From the NCBI GenBank assembly GCA_950097015.1, contig CATNEN010000034.1, positions 2,976,001 through 3,040,000 on the forward strand: a DNA stretch of 64,000 nt, written 5' to 3'. This DNA is from Macrostomum hystrix (lineage: Eukaryota; Animalia; Platyhelminthes). Under the pieces are notes generated by a model. That model saw only the letters and a list, made by a program, of their open reading frames with translations. It was not told where the DNA came from and made no database searches. Numbering within the stretch: position 1 is the stretch's first letter; every line of letters starts with the position of its first letter. Made by a program: the position numbers and the translations under genes. Positions 12,243 through 24,400 of the stretch are shown here, in pieces.

Positions 12243-12980
12243 ATGCAGACTGCAATGTCAAAGTGGGCTAGCCAAAGAAGTAGTTTCTCATTAGCATCTA
12301 CCTGGCGCAGCCTGGCTGATGCCACCTTAGCTGACTGGCCCATAGACTATGACCTGCTTGAGCCGGACCTGCCAGCGCTGTCCGAATCGGACATTGCCCG
12401 GCGTATGTGCGGCCTGCCCTACAAACCGGCCGGTAAGGATGACCGGCCGTCTATGGCTGAGACCGCCGCCATTCTTCACCGTCCAGACGCTGAAGCCGGA
12501 CGACAGATGCAGCTGCCGGCTATACCGAGCGCCGAGTCGGCTCGCTCTATAAAACGCCAGCGTCGGGCGGAGCGACTGCGCACGGCTGGCAAGAATTGGT
12601 TCGGCCTGCCACGCCAGGAGACGGACGAGGCCCAGGCCCAGGCCCTGGAGGTGCTGCAGATGCGTCGCTCCTTAGACACCAAGACTTTCTATAGGCGCAA
12701 TGATCGCGACAAACCGGCCAGGTATTATCAGGTTGGCACCTTCGAGGATCGCCCAGAGGATTATTACAGTAGTCGGGTTACTCGCCGACAGCGTCGGGCC
12801 GACACGGTTGACGAACTATTAGCCAGCGAAGAGTTTATGAAGCAGCTGCGAGTGCGCTATAGAAAAATTCACCAGGCTCGCATTGCTGAGAGCGTGCGCC
12901 GGGCTAATAAACTCAAACGGTTGACTAAGAAGCAGAACAAACAGCAGCAGAAGCCGCGGACTAAAGCTAAGTCTAATTAA
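12243..12980 (+). CDS. DNTTIP2: Fcf2-domain pre-rRNA processing protein (DNTTIP2/TdIF2/Fcf2 family), 245 aa
   Basis: TAGKNWFGLP..LQMRRSLDTKTFYRRND..RYYQVGTF..DYYSSRV..TVDELL matches the Fcf2 domain; basic C-terminal tail. An upstream exon cannot be excluded (acceptor AG at 12237-12238). Confidence 0.85.
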   Translation: MQTAMSKWASQRSSFSLASTWRSLADATLADWPIDYDLLEPDLPALSESDIARRMCGLPYKPAGKDDRPSMAETAAILHRPDAEAGRQMQLPAIPSAESARSIKRQRRAERLRTAGKNWFGLPRQETDEAQAQALEVLQMRRSLDTKTFYRRNDRDKPARYYQVGTFEDRPEDYYSSRVTRRQRRADTVDELLASEEFMKQLRVRYRKIHQARIAESVRRANKLKRLTKKQNKQQQKPRTKAKSN

Positions 12981-13369
12981 TATTGTTGAATTCTGGTTGG
13001 TTTATTCTTATTCCATCTCTTGTGTCATTCATTTATTTCTTGAACTTAATTCAACTTCTCCAAGATCACCTTAATTTGACTCCCCATACTATTAAATCCT
13101 TAAATTTGAATCCCTATTCTCTTCTAAATCCTCAAACTGAAACACAATTCATTCTCCAAAATCCTCAATTTTTAATATCCATTCCTAAAGAATTGTTTTT
13201 TTATGAATGCCACCTTTCAGTAGATCTCAAATTTTTTAATCCCATTCTCCCAGCACAAGGCTAAGCACAAATCCCTATTTATTTAAGTTTTACATGTAAT
13301 GATGCATAGACTGTAGAATGGAAAAGTGCGGCTCAACCCTTCCCTATATATCTGTACATAGAAGCCAGA

Positions 13370-13490
13370 CCATTGGTTCTGAATGGATTACCAGTGCCGA
13401 GTCACGTGACCCCCGCCTCAGCAGCCAATGGTCGCTTTGGCCTGTTCTTTAAAGCCTTAAAAGTGCGTTGCTGAATTATCGCCATGTTTA
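13370..13490 (+). promoter_or_regulatory. Putative promoter of the CHD gene
   Basis: ATTGG (13372), palindromic E-box GTCACGTGAC (13401-13410), CCCCGCC, CCAAT (13425) and YY1-like CGCCATGTT (about 13480) within 120 bp. Possible non-coding exon donor GTGAGC at about 13573 and acceptor TTTTGCAG ending 16041. Confidence 0.5.
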
Positions 13491-16352
13491 GCTAGTAGTA
13501 CCGCTGCATACTGACTCTATTATTGTTTTTAATTGTTGTTGGCTAATGTCCTCATTTGTTTGCATTCTGCGAGTGAGCCTGATTTAAATAAAATGCATTT
13601 CCGACCGTTGGCTTTGTCCTTTTTGTGTTAGATTTGTTTGAGTTGTGTGTTATTATTTCGTTTATATGGACTCATATTAAAACTAATAGGTGGCTAAATC
13701 TAGGTATGATATTAGGAAAGTATTCTGCACTTTATCTCACCTACCTCACATGACTTTCCCAAATTTAATATCTCAACTGTCGACTCATACTGTCTTACCG
13801 TCTGCTCTGATAAGGAAAACCCGAGCCTAACAAATATCCCTCATCATCAGATTGCTTTGCCACCAAAATCTCCCCTCCTCTGCTTCCCCTGCATCCACCC
13901 CCTGCTTCAGACTCGCCTCAATCCTCTATCATCTCCCGACCGACCGCTCGCCCTCTAATGCTCCCCTTCCGTCACCTCCCCTCCCCAACACAGCGCTGCC
14001 CTCCCACTATAATATAGGCAAAAGGCTTCTGTCCCCACAGCTTCATCAGACACGCCGCCCTCTCTCTTTATCTATCTCCCCCCTCTCGCTCCGGGTGGCA
14101 TTCTGTGGAGCCTTGCCTTTTACTATATACCTATCAGCTGCCTTCTACCCTCCAACTGCAGTGCGGTGGCCCAGAAATTCACTCACATTGCACACACAGA
14201 GAATTTCCTGATCGGTACTCCTTAGCTTTCTGCTACTGTCTGTTCGTGTGCGTATGCGTGTCTGGCTCTCCGCCCCAATCTTGTTGTTCGTCTTGCCTTT
14301 CTCTCTCTTGAATTAGCGCCGACTCCTCCAAATCTTTCCAACATCGTAGAAAGAGGAATCGGGGCGGGGTATAAAACAACTCGACACAGCCAAGCCTGTC
14401 CCCCCGCCCTTCCCCCTCACTCTTTCTTTGCCTTTCCCTTCCGTTTGCCATCTTCCCAACATCATGTGCCCCTTACCCCAATCCAGCTAAACAGGTCAGA
14501 GACAGATGCAGTTCCGTTAATGATTAGGAAACTAATAATACAAACATGAAATACCATAAGTGAGTATAGAGTCTGAGCAGTTCAGATCCTACCGCTCGTC
14601 TGCATTATAACTCGTCGACCCCGTTTCCTCTCTCTCTATTACTGCCATACCTAGTTTTTCTCCCCTTTTTTACCACTAGGAGCGTCCCAGCTCCTCGGTT
14701 CGCGCTTTGCTATACTTGCCTCGATCAGTTTAGACCCCCGCTCTTCTTTCCTAGCCCCGCCACCAGCCACTCCAGTTTCTTCTATAGATGCCTCGTATAT
14801 GTGCCTCGCTTTCATCTAAAAACTCTTCTCTTCTCCTTCTGATCTGCAATCCTCATTCTCCATCCACCTTCCTCCCTCCCCGGCTCCCACATCCCGGCCA
14901 TAGCGCCATCCCCATCTCTTTGGCTTGAGCTGCCTCCTAGCTGTTTGTGTGTGAGCTCGTATTTTTTAAAGAGAACTCCTATTTATATTATCCCATCTCC
15001 TTATCCCCGGGTGTTTCCATATCGTGGCTTGATTTCATGCGCAACTAATTTTATACTTCGAGACCAGCCATATTGGCATAGATTAGCCGTGGTGAAGTCT
15101 GCGCGGTTAACAAAGAAGGCGACCTGTGTGCCCCAAAGGCCTACACGTACATACCGCTAACCTGCTGATGACTGAGTGGACATATTACTAGGCAGAATTC
15201 TATGCGACCACTGTTCGGTCCTCTTCTTCCCGATTCCAATCTTTTTTCCTTCCCTTTAGGCCTATCCTCGTACCCTTCCGTCCCGCAGATTAAAGCCTCC
15301 CTACAGTTAGTTTTCTTTCTCCACACCTTGATTTCTTCCTCCCTTAATCCGGCAGTAAGTCCTCTTTCTATCCATCTGGAATGACCGGACAGACTTAGCG
15401 TTGCAATCGTCTTTCGGGCTGGCTGGCATCTTTGAAGACTCAACAAGCCACTCCGCTGTCGGGAAAGGCAATAGGTCGCAGAACAAGCAGGAAAAAGATT
15501 CCCCTATTCGGGGCTTTGACTCCTCTGGCGCGGTCTGTCTGCTCCAACTGGCTGACTGCTCGGCCATGTTCTCTCCTCCCATGCCCTCCTCTCTTCTCTC
15601 CTATCCAAAATCGTGCTCAAACTCAAACTCCCAGGGCGTTTCCCACAACACCCGGGCAATAATTTCTAAGGCTAGCGTTTTCTCCTCTGTGCGCTTAAAA
15701 ATATCCCTCCTATTTCTTCCCTCCTCTCTCCTTCCAGGAGGACTCTCCCCTTGGCTTCTTTCCACATATTCCCCACCAGAAAGCCACGAAAGGGAACGGC
15801 AATTTCTATCTGCGGCCTGCCCCACCCCTTCTTTCTAGTTTTCTTTAATACAGGGTGAAAGAGAGCCCGATGGCCGATGCGTCACACATACACGAGACAC
15901 ACTCGGCACATTTTGGTGTTGGTAAACCTGGTAGAAACCTAAAATAAAAGCCAGGCTTTTGGCGTTACTATTAAGGCAGTTTTTGGAAATTGGAAATGTA
16001 TTTATATCCTGTCAATGCCTTTTTAACTATGCCTTTTGCAGCTAACAATTTTTTGGCGGCCGACCGGCGCCTTTGAACAATTGCATTTCTTCAATCATTA
16101 TTTTGCTCCTAAAAAAATAGAAGTCAGCAAGCGTTGCTAATAGCTCAATTAGCTGGAGATTATTTCAGAAAAAAATATCCGGCCACCGATGCAGCCGAAC
16201 AGGCCTGTGCGCTGCAGCAAACGCGCTAGTAAATAAAGCAATCGAACAATTACCTTCTAAGAGTGGACGAAGTGCAGGAGGAGGGGCCGGGCATTCCTCC
16301 TAACTACCAGCTAGCAGACATCAATCTCATAAGCTGAGGTAGCCATCGCATC

Positions 16353-16576
16353 ATGGACGGTCAGTCTTTCATGAACTTTCTAGAGCCGTCGCACAGTGGC
16401 TCCGGCCCAGGCGGCGTTGGCACCAGCTTCTTAGAGGAGCTGACCAACGGAGATCCGGTTGTTGTTAGCTCCGGCTTAACTCCGCAAGCTCAGTCGCAGG
16501 CGTCAGCAATGCCGTCTAATTTTGGTCAGGCTCAGGCAATGTCAGATTATCACAATGCTGCCGGTTATTATTCGCC

Positions 16577-16610
<34 letters not shown>

Positions 16611-17219
16611 ATGTACGCCTCTGACTCTGCCGGCTATCCATCGCCGTCGCCCTACGGCGGCTACGCCAGCGGCTCAGCCGGCTATCCGACTTCGTCACCG
16701 CATCAGATCCGTTCCGGGACTGTCGATCCTTGGGCCGCTTCCGCCGGAGGCGGCGGCGCTGGTGCCAGCGCTGGCAGCGGCGGCTATCCCGGCTATCCTG
16801 GCGCCTCGGCATCAGCCGCAGCCGCGTACGCTCAACGGTTGTATCACCGCTCGCCGCATCAGCAACAGATGTACGGCTCGAGCAGCTATCACCATCAGCA
16901 GTACGCGCAGCAGCAGCAGGCGCAGCAGTACCCGGGCTATCCGGGCAGTCCCTATGTCCAAACTGCTTCGCCGCATCCCCATTCTCACATGACCGCCGCC
17001 GCTCATCATATGCAATATCAGCAACAGTCGGCCTCTGTTTCATCAATTAGAGAGCCGATGGCGCCCTTGCAAGTGCAGCAGCAACCGCAGCAGCAGCAGT
17101 CTCAGCCGCCGCAACAGCAGAGCTTGCCTAGTCCGCAACTCATGCCACCGCCAGCTGCTCCGCCTCCTTCATCAGCCAAGGGCGAGTCTGGTAGCAAGCG
17201 GGGTAGCAGAGCTAGTGCT

Positions 17220-17250
<31 letters not shown>

Positions 17251-19939
17251 TGCATCAACAACAACTAGCCCAGCATCATCAGCAGCATATGCAGCATCAG
17301 CAAATGCAGCATCAGCAGCCTATGTATCACCAGTATCCAGGTCAATTACCGCCCCAGTCGCCATCGCAGCTGCATCAGGTTCATGGAGCACCGCAGTCGC
17401 CAATGTCTGGATCGTCGCCAATGTTGAAATCTCCGCATCACATGCAGCCAATGCCACATCAGCATCCGCAAATGCATCAAATGCATTCACAGCCACCGCT
17501 TCCACCACAGCACCAACAACAGCAACAAATTTCTCATATGGCAATGCCATCGCCGGTTTCACAACCACCTCCTCCTTCACAACAGCAGCAGCAGATGCCT
17601 CCTCCTATGCCGCCACCGCCTCCGCCTCCGCAAACGATGCCTGCAATTTCGCAGCAGCAGCAGTTGTCGCAGGCACATCCACCGCCACCACCGCCGCCGC
17701 CACAATGCTCTGCCGCTACTATAGTCACGCCATCTATTCACAGCGTATCCAACTGCGACAGAGGCAACGAAGGTAGACCCTCCAGCTTAGCCGTTATAAG
17801 CATGGGCAACGGTGCTGGTGATGACGACGATGATGACAACGACGAAGAAGACGACGAAGAAGACGCTGAAGAAGAAGAACAAAGCGGCGCAGATGCCGCC
17901 AGGCTGGAGATGAACACTCCGCCAGTGCAGTGCTCTCCAGAAGACGACGAAGAGTCAAACAATATGAATGAAGATGCAGTTGTTAAACCAGCTTCTGCTG
18001 CGGCTGCAGTTGCCACAGCTGCTGATTTGATCCCGTCGCTATCGGAACCGGTGCCGAAAGAGCAAACGCTAGACGATGCAAAGCTGTCATGTGCAATTGA
18101 AGAAGCAGAGCAATCTCTAAATTCTGGCACTGCTGAGGAGAATTCAATATCGGAAGAAATGACCGTGGAAGAAATTTCTATTGAGGAGGCGGCTAAACCA
18201 GATATGGACACAAACGACTTAAAGAAGGCCGAGTCACCAAATTTGAAGAAGGAAATCTTGACAAAGACTGACGCGGCTGCAGCGCCGATGGAATGCGACT
18301 CCTCAACCGAAGAGGTCGTTAAGATAGAGTCTCAGGCTACTACGGTAGTTGCAGCTGATCCCGAAGCTCTTCGGTCTATCACTGGAATGCCAGAAAGAAT
18401 CGGAGGGCCGCGCTAAAGACCTGCCACCGCGTCTATCGCCGGGTCCGCAGTCAGCTGACACACAGGAGACCTACAAGCCGGATTCTATTATGGAGATCAC
18501 AACTGACAATTCCTCCAATATTGAATCGGCTACTGGCGACACTATTGTTGACGTGTCCGTCTCTGATGCCTCCAATAAGCCTCCAGTGCTGTCGCCTCCG
18601 CTGCCTCCATCGCCAGCGTCGCAGTTAACCACAGCTGTCACCCTTTCTGTTCCTATTCAAGTCACTGTAGCACCGGCGACTTCTGTAGCATGCTGTACCG
18701 GGCAAGGCTGGCCGATCCTATCCTCCTATCCGACCCAAGCAGAAGCAGAAGCAGCAGCAGTCACTTTTGCCAGCTTCCATCGTTGACTCGAATCAGGCAC
18801 CGCCGCAGTTGCAAGCCGCAGCCTCACCTCAAATTTCTCCATCAGTACAGCCAGTAGCAGTATCGACAGGAGGTGCTACAGTTGCAGTGTCTTTGCTGTC
18901 AGGCGGCTCGCAACCGCCTGTATTGACGCCACAGACAACTGAGCCGGTGACGCCGCCACTGGAGTCTCCGGCCAAGCGTAAGCGGCCAGCTGCTTCGAAG
19001 CGCAAACGAGAAAGCGAAGCGCCGACGCCTTCTTTGACAACGATTGAGGACGGGCAAGGGGCAAACTCCTCAGCAGAGACCACTCCTAGCAAGCCAAAGA
19101 AATCAAAGAAGAAAAAGCAGCAGCCAGAAAAGGAAGACGACGAGGAGAAAGTTGCCGGCGCAGACATTGCCGTTTCTGCTCCAGCTCAAAAGAAGAAAGC
19201 TCCTAGGGCTTCAAGAGCCAAGAAGGCGGCTGCTTCGTTAGCGCCTGAAGAATCCTCAGTAGCAATAACTGACGCTCCGCCGGCTGCCGAGCCAGATCAA
19301 CAGCCGCAGCAGCAGTCGACGCCGACGACCAAACGAACGCCGGCCAAGTCCAATAAGAAAAAAAAGAAAAAGTCGCCGCCTTCAACTCCGGCGACTAGCG
19401 AAGTCGTCGACGATGCCGCATCTTCGGGTGTATCAACGGAGGCGTTCGCCAATGCCCACGGGCTGGTGCCAATTGCGCCTGCTCCGCCGAAGAGCTCAAC
19501 TAAGGCCGCCGCCGCTTCAACCTTCGGAGAAGCCGGTTCCGCTGACACAGCTAGCCAACCGCCGCCAGCTAAGAAGTCCAAGCCGTCAGCTCCCAGCAAG
19601 AAGAGAAGGCAAGTTTCAGCTTAGATTTTATTTGCTTCGCCGGTTTTTTATGTTGTTCTACGGTAGAGAATAAACTACTATTTTTAGTAGTGTATGTGCA
19701 TTGGTCCTATAAATTCCATTTTTTAATCTAAATCTTTTCACAGGCCGGCTCCAGTGCTCATTAAGAAAAAGCGACCGAAACGAGGCGACGAGTCCGACGA
19801 TTCTGACGACGTTGATCACCGCCCCAGCAAGTCCTTCGACTACAGAGGTTCCTCCGCCGCCGCCGCCTCTTCCGCTCCAGGCGCCGACACAACTGGTGCC
19901 GATTCCACATCTGGCGATGTCGGAATGTCTGAGGACTCG
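16353..19939 (+). CDS. N-terminal low-complexity module of the CHD7/kismet-like gene (Q/P/H/Y-rich, acidic, then K-rich); exons 16353-19608 and 19744-19939; two +1 frame breaks near 18378 and 18691
   Basis: ORFs 16353-18416, 18349-18786 and 18767-19624 overlap in successive frames with continuous composition. A GC-AG intron (19609-19743) joins KKR|RPAPVLIKKKRPKR. Membership in the CHD gene is inferred from position and composition. Confidence 0.65.
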
Positions 19940-21125
19940 GTAAGCCTATTTTTCTGTTTGTTATCTCAAATTTAATTGTTAGCAAATTATAATCATTTAT
20001 TGAAGCTCATTTTTTGTTGCTGGCTCGAACCGATGGGCGGGGAATAGTAACGCTGGCCACAAAGAAAAAAAGTAATTTAGATTATTTCTGCCTGAAACGG
20101 CAGGCAGAGCTCAGGACTAGTTAAGGATTAGTGTGGGGCTCCCTTAGCTGTGCCAGACACAGGCATGGCTGTAGATTCCCAATTCCTCTTCCTTTCCTAT
20201 ATCGTCTCTTTATCCCGCCCCAGAGAGACTCTCATTTCATCTTCAATTGATTTTCAACCTCTCCATTGCTGTGTTAGATGAGCAAAATATTGTGGGTGTG
20301 TATGTGTGTGTCGGCGGCGGTGGTTAGTCTGGAAAGGCGAAAGGATCGAGCTATGAGGATGAGAAGCTTTGGGACTGGCGGAGGCGAGGAAGACGGCCTT
20401 GCCTTTGACTACCCCACCCTTAAGCCGAGTCTGTAGATCCGACTTATCCCCTACCTAGCATCCAGAAACTGTGGCCACAATCCTTTCACGGCCCGCTCAT
20501 GATTCTGTCCAACTGAATGCAACCTGCCAATCTAGAAACAGTAGTATGCCTGTCTGTGCTTTTCTTCTACTTCTCTCTCTCTCTCTCTCTCTCGCTATTG
20601 AATTGGCGACCAGTTTGTTCCCAGGCCCTGAATACAACCCGCAACTTTCAACGTCTTCTTTCAACTTTTTTGCCCGCTAGCTAGTGTATCTCTCTCCGTC
20701 CTCTCTACTAGGACACCTTCCGCATCACCTTCTCGCCGACTGCGGGGTCAATGTTTTCAGCGAATTCGCCCCACCCCCGCTCTCTTCTCTAGTTTTCTCT
20801 TCTCTCCCCGCGCGCTGCATCCCTAGGTGCCCCAAGTCCACTCCCGTGTTGCCCTGCTTTTTTCCACTGCATGCGCCTCCGCTGTGAATTTCTCTCTCTC
20901 TCTCTGTGTGTGTGTGTCTGTATTGCTTTTGCGTGGATCTTTTTCCTCCGCGAATTACTGTCCGGCTAGTGAAGGGACTGCTATGCGGCTGGTCGACTAA
21001 GGGATTTGGCGGAGTGGGGACGGCCGGACGGTTTTGCAATTGGGAATAGAGTGGTCGACGACGAAAGACAAGGAATTGTGAGGCTGGCTGATAGAGAGAG
21101 GGATGATATCGCGATTGGAGGCACC

Positions 21126-21168
21126 CGCCTGCCTGCCTGCCTTGCCTGCCTGCCTGCCTGCCTGCCTG
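21126..21168. repeat. (GCCT)n microsatellite
   Basis: Direct reading. Confidence 0.9.
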
Positions 21169-21290
21169 GGTGTGGCTCGTTCACCTGCGGATGAATTTTC
21201 CTACTGCCAACAGCCTGTTATCCATTGCTTGCAACTGCTTGTGTACCTGAGTGCTTGAATTTCCATCCTCCTTACTCGACTCGATTCTAA

Positions 21291-21431
<141 letters not shown>

Positions 21432-24400
21432 TTCAATTCAATTTTCTTTCAGTTTCTTTCAATTCTTTAACAGCTTCGGGTATCTGCTCGGATTGGCCAA
21501 GCGGGCATGAAGAATAAATGAAATTTGTATCCTTGGCCCCTTCGCTCCTCACCTTACCGCCCAGTCTTCTTTCCTCTCATTTCCGTCTGTTGGCGCTTAG
21601 ACCTAGTTAAATGACTTTCTAAAAGGTAAAAATATGTTGAAAGAAGGTTGTTGCGCCAGAGATAGGCCTGGATGAGACAGTGAGAGTGTTTAGGGAGCGT
21701 GTTGATTGAGGCCAAAGTCCCTAGCAGTTTTGTCGGTTGGTTTCTTAGAAAAGTGTCTGTCTTCCTATGTACACCGCTAGTTCCAGAAAACTAAAAAGGA
21801 AAATCTTGGTTTGTTGGTTGGTTGCGCGTTATTAATTTTCTCGCGAACGGCTCAACTGATTTTCCCAATTTCTTCATATAAAAACTAATATAATTGTTTC
21901 TGTTGAAAAAATACTGCACTAGCTACTGTATTTATGAAGTAGTAATCAAGGCAAAGCATTGAAATAAAAATACAATATATGGTGTTGTTATCTCGTCTGT
22001 ATCTTTTATTAACTAATTAGACATCTTAATAGCAAGTTCTGCCTGTTTTGTCTTCAATCTTTGAAATGATTTAAGAAAACTGTAAATGCGTCTTCTAAGG
22101 GGAAGTTATTATCGAAAGGCACTAAACCTGATGTGAATGTAGCTTCTCGATCCTGCTGCCAGTTTTTTTTGTTCATTTTGGAATCTGGAATTTTCCACCC
22201 CAAACCCCCCCCCCCCCTAGTAGGCACCAACTAATCCCCCGTCCCTTTGATTTCCAGCGAGTCTTTTGTCTCACTGCTACTGCTTTGTTGGATCTTTTCA
22301 AACGTGAGTCTTTCCGCCTCCCTATTCTCATGCCTCCTCGCAACCTCCACAATCTGTCCAAGAGCGGCCGCCAAGTTCTCATTTCGGCCATTTGTTGTCT
22401 GCTCTACTCTTTCTCTCTCTCTCTCTCCGCTTTCCTGCTCTGTCAGAGCTCTCTTTCTCAATCGGATTTTTAATTGCCTCTCACCCACCCACCCACCCAC
22501 CCACCAATGCCAAGGTTACGGATTGGGAGAGCAGTTGAAACAGGAAACGGTGCAGCCAACACGCCATTTTTCCTACTCCGTCTTCTCGGTTTTTTTCTTT
22601 CTGTCCCTTAGCTTAGCAGCCAGAGAGGCGGATCTGAGCAGGCCAACATAAAAATCAGTAGCAATCTAGTCATGGCGCTGTCGGCATATTTTCTGTTAGT
22701 TTCGAGCTCTCTCTAACACCTCTCCCAACAAATAGAGGTTGAAAGTGGATAATCTAGAAATTTGGGCCTGCTCACACACTCACTGCCTGACACTCGACTC
22801 CGCTTCGATTGCTGCTGTACGCCGGGCCAGGCCAGCATCAGATTCACTGTGGAAATAGAGAGAGAAATAATATATACGCATACAAATTCTGGCCAGACTA
22901 GCCTTTCAAGCCTGATTCCCCTCGCCTTCACTAACTCTATGTTCTGCCCCAACCTCTGCTCCTCTGCTCCCAATGCCTCGGTTGCCTCACACACGCTCCC
23001 TTTTTTCTCCGACTCACTCTTTCTCCTTCTCCCGTGCCCAGATCCACTTCCCCACCTCAGTGAAGCTTACTTAGCTGGCCTAGTCTGGGCGCTTGCAAAT
23101 CATCCTTTATCGGCAGCGAGGAGACACTCAGCAGTTGTGTGTTTGTGTGTAGAATTCTCCCCTCCCTCTAACTCTTTTCTCGTTTTTTCCTCATCTCCCG
23201 GTCATTCCCATATTCCCCCCTGGCTCTGCTCCGCTCTGTGTCTGTCTGTTCATGAAGCTATACTCTCCGCCGCCAAACCCATATTTTCCGGACCAGTATA
23301 GGCTGACTGGCTGTATAACATTTACACTAGACTCTGGCTAGGCAATTCTGGGTGCACTTCTTCAGCAAAAACACTAAAAACTTCCCGTTCTTTTAACCGA
23401 TTTCCAAAATCTTTGTTTCCTTAAAAAGTATATTAACTTAAGCTAATTTATCTGCTTGTTTTATATAGTGAGATGTGATTAGAGTTGGTTAGAAGAAACA
23501 AATACTTGTAATTTAGCTAACAAATAACCTTAAAAGGTTATACATAAACCTTCATAATGCCTATCGATTAAACTATTAAACTTTTAAATGTAACGATAGT
23601 AAAAATGTTTTGCATTACAAATTGAGAGCTTTCTAAGAAATTTTATTCTCTTAATTTTAGCGGGTGGTACTACGTGGTCTTAGTAATTTAAATGCGCTTT
23701 AAAAAAGTGGACCTATTTTTCAACTTCTGTTTAATTCTGACTGCTCACGGGGAATTCTCGGTCTGGCAGTTCAGATAAGTTACCTGTTTAGTCCTATGAC
23801 TCTATCTTTGCGGCTCGCTTTCGGTCACCCCACTGCTGTGGCGCATTGCGGGCCAGCCGTTGTCTATATAAATAATTAATTGTCTGTCCTATATAGCCGC
23901 CGGGAGCCTGCATCTCCCAAACTGTAATCACGTACGTCTCCTGTCCTCCGCCTGATCCCCGCGAAGCGTCTCTCTTCCTGTCAGGCTCCTACAAAAATGG
24001 CACACTTGCTCTTCTAAATCCTTCTTTCTGTCTACCCTTCCTTCACTATTGCTCCCAGTTCCCCCCTCATTTTCTCCTCACACTCACAATTTCTTTCCCC
24101 AACTGCTCAGCTGCTTTTGCTTCCAACTGCCCAGCCTTCAATCTTCGCGCATTACCCGTCCGGCCGCTGCTGCTGTCCCGCCGTGTTGCCCTTGAGCAGT
24201 CCCCAATCACTCCCCCCCAAACCAGCCGACACTCGGCTCGGCCGTCTCTCCTCCTCCTCCTAGTCTCTCTCTACTCTTCTGCCAGCCTGACTAGGATCCC
24301 CGGCATGGCTTCCCTTATTTTCCATGGCTGCCGATCAAAGCTTTCTATCTCTGTCTCTACACAGTCGCCTGACCCCTCTTGCGTGTGTCTGCATGCGCGG

